DNA of 64,000 nt, from positions 11,615,947 through 11,679,946 of the forward strand of contig NC_134030.1 of the NCBI RefSeq assembly GCF_964204645.1. The letters are read 5' to 3'. Below are positions 1 through 12,956 of this stretch, piece after piece. The stretch comes from Tubulanus polymorphus. Taxonomy: Eukaryota > Animalia > Nemertea. The translations under genes were made by a program, and so were the position numbers. A model generated the notes under the pieces. The model ran no database searches. It was not told the DNA's origin and saw only the letters and a list, made by a program, of their open reading frames with translations. Each line of letters begins with the position of its first letter. The first letter of the stretch is position 1.

Positions 1-72
1 GAGGTTTGATCTTATGTACTTGTTTGTAAACTATATTTCACATTTCTGTTATCTTTGTATTTACAAATCTTT

Positions 73-817
73 ATTGGTTTACCTTTGTTTGTCAGCGATA
101 TGAAGTTGGCATTGAGCCAATTCATGTAAAATCGCGGTACGTTTTTTTATGTGAGCATTTGTTTCATTGGTTCTCGGCTTTATAATCGATGCGATTGAAG
201 ACATGACAGACCTCTGTCAATGACATGGTCAACATTGTTAAAATTCTACGAAAAACTGTTTTTGGCGGGAAAATTCTTAGCTCTCGCGTATAAAATTGCA
301 ATGACCTCGATTGGGTCTCTACGAGCGAATGTGATTGGCTGTTTTTGGGATATACGTGGAATTCCAGCGCTACTAAAATAATGGGAAAGTCATAGAATGG
401 CGAACGTTTCATTGGACTAGGCATGCTAGGTGCCGTATAGGTGCGAATTTCAAATGCTCATTGCTGGTGAGAATGTTATTATTATCCGCCATAGGTATTG
501 TTTCATTTTAATACCCGGTGATTGTTGATTGACATCGAAAACATTCACTTACACGAGGCCTCCACGTGTGCGCGGAGTGCTATAGACTGTTGCACACACA
601 AAGACACGCTCGTACAGTATACCCTACTATAGTGATACTGTAACGCTGCTTGCTTGCTGGTGCGTTTGACATTTCATCAGCAGAAGATGAGCGCTGTGTT
701 TTCTGTTTGATATAATTTATAATAAATTGTAATTTCTTGTGACCTGAAAATACTAAGCAGCAAACTATAGCTATAGGTCGAGGTCTGAATATGTAGTAGT
801 AAATTCCAGGATTTAAA
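73..817 (+). repeat. dispersed repeat, ~750 bp, copy 1
   Basis: Aligns by eye along its length with 50874-51652 (e.g. ttggcattgagccaattcatgtaaaatcgcggta ... ttccaggatttaaa). Confidence 0.85.
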
Positions 818-2171
818 ACGATCCAATTACGCCGATTTCTTACTGCGCCAGTTTAGATTCCGCGGCCATACATTGGAAGAGGTTTCCAAGACTAAATATT
901 CAGCCACCCTCTGATACGTCATATGAATTTTATTTGAATATTTTTTCATATTGTAAAAAATATTTCTTTGAAAATATAAAATAGTTTCCCTGCCGCACCT
1001 ACCTGTACCCTATGAAATTTTGGACGTGGACCGTAAACAAATGTATATTTTTGGTCTTATTTGACTACAAAATAATTCTTTGAGGAAGATGAAATACAAA
1101 AACAAACCTCTAGCTTTCAAGGTAAACCAAACTTTGCCCATGGGCAATTTATTATTCTATGGTGCCATTGGTTGACACATTCATTGGTTGACACGTTCAC
1201 TGCCAGTGATGAGATCATTCGTCATAGTGGGCTTGCCATATTTTGCCAAGATGAGCTATCTTGTCTTACGTAGATGCAATGCTAATACCTTGCTTTCTGG
1301 GAGATCTGGCAGTGGCTAGAACTCAACTAAAACTAAAAATCATCTGGCAGCAGACAGAACCTCAAGTTTATATGTATATTTTTTTCCTCAAATTTGGTGC
1401 ACAGAAAATGATTTTGAATATTTTTGGTGTGACAGGGCAGTGACAATTGGGCATTGGCAAGGGGAAGAAATAAATACAATGATTTGCCAGTGAATAAGCT
1501 AATGCATATTTCTTGTTATCATTTATCTTAAGTTGTAACTTGTTGTCTGTTCGCTTGAGATTAATTCTCTTCCTAGTCAATAATTGTTGAATCAACAGAA
1601 GGCATTATCATGGTCAAAGACCATATAGGGATCGTCACTAGTAAAAATTCTTCCGTTCACCGAACAACACCGTAGTATCTCTACTGCTATGGACATAGTC
1701 CCATAATGCTGTATCGATATAGAACTAATAATCCGATAAAAAGTTGTCTGTAATGCGTCATTTGCCTATATCCATGATCCTAGCTATGAATATCATAGCC
1801 TGTTGTACCTAAGGTCCCAAAATCGTGATGAATTATGACGCATGGGGCTCACCATATCAGTGAATTGTTTATATCGGTTTTACCCAGCAATGAAGTGTTA
1901 TCCCCATCACTATCCTCACAGGTGCTCGCGCACTGATACATTCCTAAGTTGTTCATAGATACTGCGCGGTTCATGGTTCACACTGACTGGGAGAGTATCG
2001 GTTGGCTGGTCTCTGCTGTGTTTGTCAGGGATTTTCTTCATTACCAGTAATGCCAGCCAGTATCACATATATCTACGCAAACTACGCCATTCAAATATGC
2101 TGTATTCTTGGGAATATTCTCTTGAAGCCCTAAGGGGGATGTTTTGAGGATTTTTGCGCTCATTCTAATGT

Positions 2172-3073
2172 CAGACCTGCCAACCGTTACGGTTTCGCTG
2201 TAATACGTTACGTCTGGTATGCCGATAATACGGTGTTCGGGTCAGAATGAAAAATATACGGTGGAAAAAATAAAATGTTACGTTGTTCTGTTTTGGTTCT
2301 ATAAAACACGATTGAACTGTAAACATGTGACGATGATCTGTTTTATGTCTAATAGATTACGTGTTTGAGTTTGTCAGCGGCGATAAAAATATTTAATACC
2401 GGTAGTACAATTCCTGGCCGACATATGGCGCCACCTGCTTATTATTTATCAGTGTGCTTACTGTGGCTAGTTTCTTCGGAAAAGGGAAGTAGGCTGTGTT
2501 CGGTTCTGTTTCTGTAGAATCAGTAGTAAGGAAAATGGACGATAGTAATGATAGTGGATCGGAAATGGCTGTTCTATCGGCTGATGATGAAGCCGCCGCC
2601 TGATCTCAGAAGAGCTCCAGAAATTTAAACCAGACTATCACGTTAAATACCCATGCTTTACCAAATCCAAAAATTCACTAAATCATGCATATTGTCCCAC
2701 AAGCTGGATTTCACTGTCGTCGGTTACGGGGGTCGTGATTATGTGAAGAGGCATGTTACAACAAAGCGTTATATAGATGTTCGTGAGTGGATTTCGACAT
2801 TTTTCTTAACCTTACTCCAAGAATTTTGATGTGATTCGTGTGGAAACACTTTTTACATCATTTCTTGTTGAGCACCATATACCACTAGCAGTGTTATTGT
2901 GGGATACCAGTGCTGTTACTGGGAAACTCCAATACGTTACGGGCTAATTTGGAAAGTTCATTCAGATATTTTGGTACCATTGCGTAATCTGTCAAACTGG
3001 TGATGTTACTGTGAAACTCCAAAATGTTACTGGCAAAATTCAGACATAGTCAAACTCAATGTTGGCAGGTCTG
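2172..3073 (+). mobile_element. internally deleted hAT-like DNA transposon
   Basis: Perfect 13-bp TIRs CAGACCTGCCAAC / GTTGGCAGGTCTG; flanks taatgt/taatgc; subterminal gttacg/gttactg repeats; remnant DFTVGYGGRD..KRHV zinc-finger-like peptide near 2640-2780. Confidence 0.75.
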
Positions 3074-4270
3074 TAATGCCATCACGTGGTCTTTGTCACT
3101 TCAGAAGTAGTAGTAGTGCCGGTCACATGAACTTCATTCATCCATTGAAACATCATGCACGCACAGAGAATGTGGTTTCATTGGCTATCGTGGGGACTAT
3201 ACCATTATGGAATGTAGGGTGGGAAGGATTGTCTGAGCGATTACACTATACTTTGTAGGGAAGTTAGATATGGCCTCTTCGCTGACACTACATCGTCAGC
3301 CACGAATTCTATTATTGAAACAGATCGTTACTTTGAAATAAACTAAAATAAAAACACTATAATGTCTTTATAGAACAAATAATCAATTTATTTTCGCATT
3401 TCTTCAAAGAATTTTTCAGGATTTGGGGAATTTAGGACCACTTTTGGCTGGGGGAAAATGTCTGTTAAACAGTAAAAAAAACAGCTTCACAGAAACCCTG
3501 GAAACATGAATTTGTTTTCACTGATGACATCTCCTCATGCATCCACTTACTACTATACTCTCTTCGACCATATGGACCTTATGGTCCTCTTGTTTTAAAA
3601 GTTGTAACTTTGATTCAAATTACAAATGTTTTGTGTCTCCAAGTTTCATAGACCAGGTGTCAAAGTAACCATTAGGAATGAATTCATAAATGGGCAAATA
3701 TCAAAATGTTCAGGTTCTTTTGCCTCCTCACAGGACTGAGTGCCAGGCAATCCAACCAGGTGCCTTTGGTTAAACGATTGATCAGAAATTCCATGGCAAA
3801 CCAAGGGGAAAATTTCTCATTATAGTGTCTCTATCCTAGCTATGCTCAGGTCGACTTACGACTTGACTAAATCATCGTAAGAATAGTGGTAGCACACACG
3901 TGAGTACTCATTGCTGATTCTTTAGACGATCTGGTCGGGTCATAGTAAATAGAACTTGTTCTATCCTTGCGATTCGACTTATGATTGGTCTGTGATTAAT
4001 TTGTAGTTGTAAGTTAACTCATGTCGATCTGTGACCTTGGGGTCAAACCCTGAAGGTGACCCCCAAAGTTCGCAAACTTGGTACTATTCAAAGCTTATGA
4101 AACAAGCTTTCATAAAATACATGCAATATGGGGTTATCCCTCATATCTACTGAGTTATTCAGTTTTCCCCTTGTAAGGTCCAAAATCACTCACAGGCCGA
4201 AATGAATGAAATTGATATATGATGAACATGGCATTTATTAAGGATCATGGCAATCCTTCCTGTGTTGCAG

Positions 4271-4416
4271 GTCTGTTTCCTGATGTTGGTGGAAGTTATT
4301 TCTTATCACGTCTTGGTGGACGTCTAGGTATATACTTGGCACTTACGGGTTATAGATTGAAGGGAATACAAGTACAAAAAGCTGGAGTGGCTACGCATTA
4401 CGTTGAATCGAGTAAA
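4271..4416 (+). CDS. HIBCH: 3-hydroxyisobutyryl-CoA hydrolase, internal exon
   Basis: ttgcag|GTCTG...AGTAAA|gtaagt; encodes [49 protein letters not shown], the crotonase-fold HIBCH motif. Upstream exons are not in the window. Confidence 0.95.
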
Positions 4417-4680
4417 GTAAGTTGAGAATGCCCCTTTGATGTCAAAAATATGCTTTGGCTAAAAAATGATACCTTGTTTCTACTAATCGGCCGGCTCATT
4501 TTGTAAACTGCAATGATGTTTGTAATCAGTACATTTCTATAGCTGCTGGGTCTGTTATTGTTGGCTCAATCTTAATTTAGCTTAAAGTAATGTAGGCCTA
4601 CAGGGTAGATATAACTAGTACCTCTTATTGTGTGTTAGACGAGATATTTTAGGTATGTTTCCAATGTATTTTTTTAACAG

Positions 4681-4767
4681 TTAGAAAATCTTCAGGCTGA
4701 TTTACTGGCTTTGAACAAACCATCACAATTAGACATTTCACATGTGATAGAGACCTACCAGCAGCAG
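4681..4767 (+). CDS. HIBCH: HIBCH internal exon
   Basis: tttttaacag|TTAGAA...CAGCAG|gtatgt; phase 0/0; LENLQADLLALNKPSQLDISHVIETYQQQ. Confidence 0.9.
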
Positions 4768-5295
4768 GTATGTATGCTGAATTCAATCCACCCATGAACC
4801 TCTCATTGAGGGGACCAGTGACAATTCACCATTATATTTTCATCCAACTATATATAATATAGAAATTGGGGAACCAGTTTTTCAAAAATTTTCCATCTCC
4901 CTCTACTCAACTTTCAATGGGATACCGGCAAGGCTACTGGGGGAAGAGAGGATTCGGTGATAATAAACAGAGTGCGATAGGGAATCTTACATCTACATTT
5001 GTAATTGCCCGGTGTTTTGTTGCGCCACCTGGTGTTGCTGGTATCCTATATTGTCTGTAACTTAGTAGCTAAAGGAATGGATCTCTAATATATACTATGG
5101 GTTTTATAAACATTTGATTGTTTTGAAATCAGTAGCTATTACATGTGTTAGCACCTCACACAGACTTCTATTCCCTCAGCAGTGGTTTAGCCTGATAGTA
5201 TTGAGACTCTGTCTGTAATGGTACCGTGGCAGATACATTAGGTTCAACTCCTAACCTAAGAAAGATGACAAGATTAACTACCGGTAGTTCAACTT

Positions 5296-5570
5296 TATAC
5301 ACCAAGTCGTTCATTAAGATCTTCTGGAGAACTCCTTTTGTCCCAACCTAGAAGCAGGCTGACGTTGTTTGGAGATTGCTCTTTTTCATGTGCTGCTCCA
5401 CATATGTGGAATAAGCTCCCCATTTCTATAAGAGCATCTGACAGCTTAGCAATTTTCAGGCGACGTCTGAAAACGCATCTGTTTTCATAACTGGTACAAA
5501 AGTGTCTGATCACATTTTTTGTGGATACAGGCACTATAAATACATTAATAATGATAATAATAATAATGAT
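5296..5570 (+). mobile_element. L2-type LINE 3' end
   Basis: FGDCSFSCAAPHMWNKLP...FRRRLKTHLF-stop followed by a (TAA)n-like tail. Confidence 0.8.
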
Positions 5571-5574
5571 AAGA

Positions 5575-6014
5575 AAGTTGTAGTTGACATGGTCTTTGAT
5601 CTTGGTGAGTTTTAAGCTAATTGGTTTGTGTATATGGCCCCAGGGGGCGTTGAACGATACAATAACTTAGTATTTCTATGTTATATTCGTACCTAGGCAT
5701 ATTTTGTTACCACAATCAATTGAAAAGTTGTAGCTCATGACATGTTCTATGATTATGATGAGTTTCAAGGTCATTGGGATTCGCATGGGGCGTTGAATAG
5801 TCGAATTACTTAGTATTCCCATATCGTATTGGTAACTAGGCATATTTTGTTCCCACAATCAATAACAAAATTGTAGCTGCTGCCATGTTCTATGTTTCAA
5901 GGTCATGGGATTTTTTCAAGGTCATTGGATGGGGCGTTGAATATTGAAATTGTTAGATTGTTTAGCATTTGAAACCACTTCCCAAGTGGGCATGGTGTCC
6001 CTGGACCCCTAGTT
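5575..6014 (+). mobile_element. Helentron-associated non-autonomous element (HINE/DINE-like), 3' part, copy A
   Basis: Degenerate ~153-bp units, 3' subterminal IR TCCCAAGTGGGC, GTCC-CT-GGAC hairpin, CTAGTT end. Confidence 0.8.
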
Positions 6015-8487
6015 GATTGAATCTTAACGTCAATTGTTGATATCTTGTAATTCTAATCTAAGCGGTCTATTCCATTTGTTCCAAGTCTGCGAAGAGTGTA
6101 AGTATTCATTTTAAAACGTGTTTCGATTTTGCATGCTGTGAGATGTAACGGTTATGTTTAGCCGCGATCACACGAGTGGCCCTGACCCAAACCAATCATT
6201 CGCACTGGTGCCAAATGCATGGTTGAGTGGGACCAAAAATACCAGACCACACCCATGTGCACAGTTTTAGCACAGGAGAAATCATTCCATGTGAACACTT
6301 CCTAGTTTTAAACTTCACCTGGCAGAGCATCAATTTGATAGAATTCTAGTAAAAAGTGAGTGATTCATATGTGTGTATATTTGGCAAGGGCCCTTTGAAC
6401 TGGAGTCCAATTGTCTCCTGTGATCGCGGCTGTAATGTTTTATGCAGTAGCCAACTGATTTGAAAAAAAAATGTAGATGCTTATCTAAATAAAAAACAAT
6501 TTTACCATGTATGTGTAATGCAAGTGCAGTTTCTGGAATAACACTCTTAGTGCAGTATTTGACTTTTCCACGTCTGTTTGAAGGGTAGAAATTGCTCTTT
6601 TCGTGCATCATTTTAATACCTGGCTTTCACTGACGCACATTGTGAAAAAGTAGATGCTTATATATACTTTCATCTGTAGACCATCAGCACTATTTGCCTT
6701 ATCTAATGCTTTGTTTGGTTTCATTAGTCCACTTCGGGCATAGCCCGATCAGGCCATTGGGTTCACTTTTTGTCTGTTTGGTATTTTCAATATGCTTTGA
6801 TAGATAGTTTTCATATTTGATTTCTACTTTCCGATTATTAGACTGGCAGCACTCTTTAACAACAATTTATATTGTTAGCCAGCATATTTTTTTAAGTGCT
6901 TCAAATTTGAAGAGATTATTGTATTCCGCAATTATTGTAATTTAGATTGGAATTTCCTGTTGTTGAATTTTAGTCAGAAAGAAGAAGGGATCTCATGATC
7001 GAGAGGAGGGCAGTAACTAATTTTCCTCTCTTATATAAGTTAATCCTTTATTAAAAGCCAACTAGGTTTTTAATTTTTATGAAAGCTTAAGATCTCGCAG
7101 TGGATCAGGAAAAAAATTAGCAATTGCTCATTGCTGCTTTATGAGTAATTAAGGAGCTACTTAAACTTTTGTGGAAGCGTAATTAGTTTACGGAAGATAC
7201 GAATATCGAAGTGTAATTCATTCGATCAGGAATAGAATTTTTACTATTTGTAAGCTACAAATAAAACGGAGTACTGCAGTTTGCGGAACTTTCGTATTAA
7301 TTTTTCTTTGCGATTTCGAATTGTTCACATTCGAGAATCGAAAGTATTTAAACAGATTGATTTACCAGAAATTATGGTGACATTACGCAATTGGATTTAA
7401 GCTACTTTTATTTTGGCGACGTATGTGGATTGGTGAGCGATGTGGTTTGGTTCATTTCTTGTGTATTGGCTGTTGAATTGATTTGGTAACTTAGTAATCG
7501 TGATGCAGATGGGAAAATTGGAAAGTGAATTTATTGTGTTAAGAGGAAAAAACAAACTGACTGACATTATCAAATTTGGATGAAGTGGCTGTAAATAAAC
7601 TGTGTTAATTAAACATTAATTGGACATTAAGTTATCGTTGATCGGTGTAATTTCGGAACGGACAACCAACAAGCAGGTTGTATGATACAATCTTTTTAGG
7701 AAAACTATTTAATACATATTAGTAACAAGTCAGTGAGCTAACTAAATTTAGGCAATATTTGTGGTCTGATTAATATTAATAATATTATCTTGTAACTGTT
7801 TATTCATTTTATAGAAAAAATATATAATTGTACTATATTCTTATATGAAGAAAACAGGAATAGAATTTTTACTATTTGTAAGCTACAAATAAAACGGAGT
7901 ACTGCAGTTTGCGGAACTTTCGTATTAATTTTCGTTTAGTCAAGTTCAGTCCTGGTATTTCTCTCTGACATTTGTTCCAAAACCCACCGTGGCGATTTTG
8001 GTTTTCTGGTAATTCTGTGTAGCAAGTGGGTATTTTACATCTGTGTCAAAAAGATCATATATATGCTCTCTATGGGGAAGGGATTGGAAACATATCAGAT
8101 GGATTTTCTGATAAAATAGATTTTTATGCTTATTGTGGCTATGTATAGGCCTATGGAAAAAAAGGTTTTCTTGAGGAAATTTCAAAAGGTTTATCTTATG
8201 TTCTTTATACTATTCAATGTTGTTCTCTCCAGTTGAACTCTCTTAAGTTGAAATTTGACGCACATCCAATTTTTCATTTCATACTGGTATTTTGTGCATA
8301 TTTTGTTACTGCATTGTTGTAGCTCGGAACATATTCTAGGGGTGGGTTGAGTATTGACACTGTTGAGTATTTCACCAAGTGGGTAAGTTGTTCTGGATAC
8401 ATTGTTATAGAACCCATCACATTAATCTGCAAACTTATTTTTGATGTACATGTACTTTAGTTACTATCCCATGTCAGGAACCAATTT

Positions 8488-10252
8488 TTGCATTCACTTT
8501 TCGTCCGTCGTCCGTCCGTCCATCCATCCGTAGACGGAATCCAGTTATTTGGGGAAGTTTTGAAGACGCTTCAAGGTAATGTCTTGATATTTGGGTTACA
8601 TATGTATCTACTCTAGACACAACTCCAGCCCAAAAAAGGGCCCTGTCAGAATCAAGATGGCTGACTAATATCGAAGGTTACCTTCTTTGATCATACAGCC
8701 CCCATCTTCAAAAACTTAGGTATCCTTACTTTTCGAGCAATGACGAAATTTCAATTGTGCTTTTTCATATTTAAATATAAGAATTCACTACTGCCTAACT
8801 CGTTTTCAGAATATTTTTCATTAAATTCCGACTACTCGGAATCAACCCCTTTAACTTGGAATAACTTACCTTACTCACTGAAGATCATTGGATTAGCATC
8901 CCCTCCAGTTTTTTAACGTGCTCTCAAACAGTATCTCCTCAATTAATGTTTCGATAACTTTGCCAGTCTCTGCCATCTGGCACTTAAATATTTTCTGTGT
9001 GAATGTGGTGTGAATGAGAGTGTGATTGGGTGTACAAGGGTGGCATGAATATCATATAAACCTTAACAGGTTTCTTCATGTTTCCCTCCATCTTGAATTT
9101 TTGTATTTGTATTACTTTGTACGATTATTATAATTCAAAATGGAAAAATAAAATTATTATTATTATTATTATTATTATGACTGGCAGCCATTGTTGTTCG
9201 CCAAATCAGCACTTATTACACGTTTTTGAACTTTTTGAGGGAAATTTTATAGACACTTTGATCAATTACCTTGATCTTTCGTATATATTTGAATCCCTCA
9301 AGGGCCCATCAGTATTACAAAATTTGGGTCGATCGGACTCAAGATGGCCGTCCAATGACCTTCTTAGTGCCCAAAAATGTCAATTTTGGACTGAATTCTG
9401 AGTCCTGTAGCTTCCTACTGGTTTGTCATTTCTCATTGCAATTGCTGATGGGTATTCTTTGGAAAGGGATGTTTTATACCTGAGACAGGTATTTTTGATC
9501 AGCCAATGATGACGCAATTGGTGGCCATCTTGGTGTCATCAATACTCATTTGTAGGTCGAAAAAGTTTTTCGACATTATATTTATACCTAAGCATATTTT
9601 GTTACCACAATGAATTAGAAAGTTGTAGCTTATAACGTGTTGAGTTTCAAGGTCATTGGTTTTTGTATATGGCCACCAGGGGCGTTGAATAATACAATAT
9701 CTTAGTATTTCTATATTATAATTGTACCAATGCATATTTTGTAACCACAATCAATTGCAATGTTGTAGCTTATGACACCGTCTATGATTGTGGTGAGTTT
9801 CAAGAACATTAGTTATTCTATATGGTCACCAGGGGGCGTTCAATAGTAGAATAATGTATTTCCTTATAAGATTGGTTCCTAGGCATATTTTGTTACCATG
9901 ATAAATTGCTGAAGTTGTAGTTGAAGTTGTAGTAATAGTTGAAGTTGTAGTTCATGGCATGGTTCTATGATAGTGTTGAGTTTCAAGGTCATTGGGTTTT
10001 GCATATGGTCACCAGGGGGCGTTGATTAGTAGAATAACTTAGTATTTCCATATTAAATTGGTAACGAGGCATATTTTTTATCACAATCGATTAGAAAATC
10101 GTAGCTGCTGACATGTTCTATGATTGTGGTGAGTTTCAAGGTCATTGGTTTTTGTATATGGTCACCAGGGGGCGTTGAATATTGAAATTGTTAGATTGTT
10201 GAGCATTTGAAACCACTCCCCAAGTGGGCATGGTGTCCCTGGACCCCTAGTT
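8488..10252 (+). mobile_element. HINE copy B with four tandem units, interrupted by a LINE
   Basis: (GTCC)n microsatellite near the 5' end, tandem units with motif cores at 9670, 9823, 10006, 10159, same 3' end as copy A. Confidence 0.85.
8667..9177 (+). mobile_element. 5'-truncated LINE (L2/CR1 group) inserted in HINE copy B
   Basis: HTAPIFKNLGILTF...LLPNSFSEYF ORF2 C-terminus, AATAAA plus (ATT)n tail, TGACT duplicated at 8662-8666 and 9178-9182. Confidence 0.82.
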
Positions 10253-10527
10253 TTATTGATTGGTTTCCAATTTTCAGCACTTCTGATCTTTTTAAGTTCT
10301 GTAGGCAAACGTTTAAACATATTTGACTATGTAAACGTTTAGCTAAAGGTTTCCTTTCCTATGATTCACTGTACCGGTAGGCTTTATTTGTCATCATATC
10401 AATATGGGTATGATATCTCTTGCACGATTTCTTTCATACATAAGTAGCTCTAATGCTATGGTCAAGGTGAACCTGGATTTCTTGTGTTCATATTGATAAC
10501 CTGTGAATGTTGTGTAAACTATTTCAG

Positions 10528-10686
10528 TCACTAACTGGACTTGATGATCCTGACTTTGAATTGCATCCCTACAAGGAAAAGATGAATGAATGTTTCGGAC
10601 AGAAAACATTGGAACAGATTTTCAAGGCACTGGAGAATGAAGGTAGCATTTGGGCATTGAAACAACTTGAAACATTGAAAAAAATG
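10528..10686 (+). CDS. HIBCH: HIBCH internal exon
   Basis: atttcag|TCA...ATG|gtacgt; SLTGLDDPDFELHPYKEKMNECFGQKTLEQIFKALENEGSIWALKQLETLKKM. Confidence 0.92.
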
Positions 10687-12377
10687 GTACGTATTAATCT
10701 TTTTCGACACCAATGAGCTTTGTCCATTAGACAAGTTTGAATTCATTATTATTGCTTATACTGGGCTTCATAACAGGGTAAGAATCATAGACTACCCACA
10801 GACTCAAAGGTAGCAAGGTATGCATGCATATCTTAGAGTTGTAGATTCTTCCGACTGTTTCAAAGGGTGGTTCAGTATCATTCAGTAGGTATAACGTAAG
10901 GCGTTTTTTATGGTAAGTTAGATTACAGATTTGATGGACTTGAAATGATTGTGGAGGATGGAAAAAATTAAAAAGAAAATTTTTTTTCTCAAACATTGAA
11001 TTCATTTCTAATCTAGTGATCGGGGAGAGGAATTTGATAAAAAAGTAACTTTGGGTTGTTAGTACCCAATGATTGTCTATTTACTGCTTACACTCATAAC
11101 TGATGCAGTCATTTTGCAAGTGATGCTGTTTTTACTGAATGAACCTGACAAATATATCCATTAGAATGCAATTGTCTACCACAATTTTTTGTGTATGATG
11201 TCAATCATGATTTGGCAGCAGAAAAAAATTACGTACAAAAGTTAGGTTTATTTTCATATATTTGCTTAAAAATCAAGGGGCAGCGGGGGAAAATAAATAA
11301 TTTTCTTTTTATACCTAGAACTGGAAAAAATTGTGGCAGATCTGTAATCCAACTAATGATAAAAAAACGACCTAAGGTCAATAGGACATATAAATGCTAA
11401 GGAGGCTAATATAATAAATGCTAATAAGATAAATGCTAAGGAGGATTTTACTCCCAGTGCTATGCATTTGTGAGTTTGCTGATTGTGACTAAAATTATTT
11501 TCAGTTAGGTAAACTTTGACTCAATAAACAATATCTTTTTATGGTTCCGATATGATTTGTATTGCATACGCATGTGATTGAACATCTCTTATTTAATTCT
11601 TAGATGCAGCACATATTATGCTATTAAAAATGATGATGTTACTGAATGGAAAATTAAGTTGGTGGACTTAATATGTAACTTACCTTCAATTTACATGGAT
11701 CAAGAAAATATTTCTTGTAACCTGATAATTATTTCTACATAGCCTCAATTCTGGTAATTACCAAAGATTGCCGTGTCCAGATAGTCATCAAAAAGCAAAA
11801 ATTTCTTGATTAATGATAGCCAGAGACTCTAAAATGATGACATCTTGTGGACCACTTGTATCTGTATCAAATTCAATGACGCATGTGTGAAAGCGCATTC
11901 TAATTTGGTCCATTCTAAATTTGGTCTAGCCAAATCTGGTCAGTGCCAACCAGGCACGGGACCCATTATGCACCAGTGTGGGTGATTGGTCTGGCACTAC
12001 GCTTGTGACTGATTATTCATAGGTATGTGTTATGTTATTATTTCTGGTTCTTTCTGTATGAATCATCAAACATTATCTCAACAGTCCTGTGCTCAACAGT
12101 CCTGTGGAGACATATGTACTATCATTACTGTCACTGTAACAAAAATTCACAAATGACAGAATAACGTTTGATTGAGAACACTAGTGTCACGAAACTTGTT
12201 CAGGTTTGATGCAACATAAGTTATTTGTAAGGGATTTAATATTGGCAAAAATAGCTGGCTACATCCCAAAATTGTTTGGTTTTTACATGATCGTTCTGAG
12301 TTGTGAAGTTTTTGAGATGGTCCTCCAAGCTGGAACATTGTCAAGAAATAAAAACATGATTGATTTGACTAGTACGC

Positions 12378-12410
12378 CTGATGATGGCTAACAGTTGTTA
12401 GTCGAAACAT
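12378..12410 (+). ncRNA. Penelope-type minimal hammerhead ribozyme core (probably degenerate)
   Basis: CTGATGA-T-GGCTAACA-GT-TGTTAGTC-GAAA-CATC; downstream attgtgggatt matches the Penelope terminus at 29235. Confidence 0.6.
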
Positions 12411-12817
12411 CGCTCCTCAAATATAATCATTTTCTGATATATAATTTTTAAATCTTGGCTTCGTTATTGTGGGATTTCTCTTGTTATGATTGATTTGTTT
12501 GCTGAACTTTAAGTACTTGTTTTATGACCACTTACGCCTAAAATAGTAAATACATAACAAATTTGGTAGATTTGATTTACCTATTGACTGGTATTTAGTA
12601 CAAGATCATTTGTAGCCACTTTGAATCAACAAAATTAGGCTTCACCATCAATGACTAGGCCCATCTTAATTAGAAATTTCTTTGTCGTTTCATTGAATAC
12701 ATTTGGCAGAAACCCTAATTGATATACTAAATCGATTACTTAGAATTAATTCAAACCAACAAAGCAGAAAACTGTTATCACTGTTTGCAGGTGGATTTTG
12801 CTTTTCTTTTTCTTTAG

Positions 12818-12956
12818 TCTCCAACATCTATGAAAGTGGCACTGCGTGAGATTCAAGAAGGAGCTGATTTGGACATGCAAGATTGCTTTGAAATGGAATA
12901 CCGATTGAGTCAGCGTTTTTGCGAAGACAAAGATTTCTATGAGGGTGTCCGTGCAG
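12818..12956 (+). CDS. HIBCH: HIBCH internal exon
   Basis: ttctttag|TCT...GCAG|gtaat; SPTSMKVALREIQEGADLDMQDCFEMEYRLSQRFCEDKDFYEGVRA (SPTS, MEYRL and DFYEGVRA motifs). Confidence 0.95.

Noticed and set aside
5178-5256. tRNA-like A/B boxes (GGTTCAACTCC at 5241)
   Set aside because: No convincing cloverleaf; at most a SINE head
9560-10200. Regular ~153-bp periodicity as a CRISPR-like array
   Set aside because: Whole units are homologous (no unique spacers), no cas genes, eukaryotic context; it is a TE-internal tandem repeat
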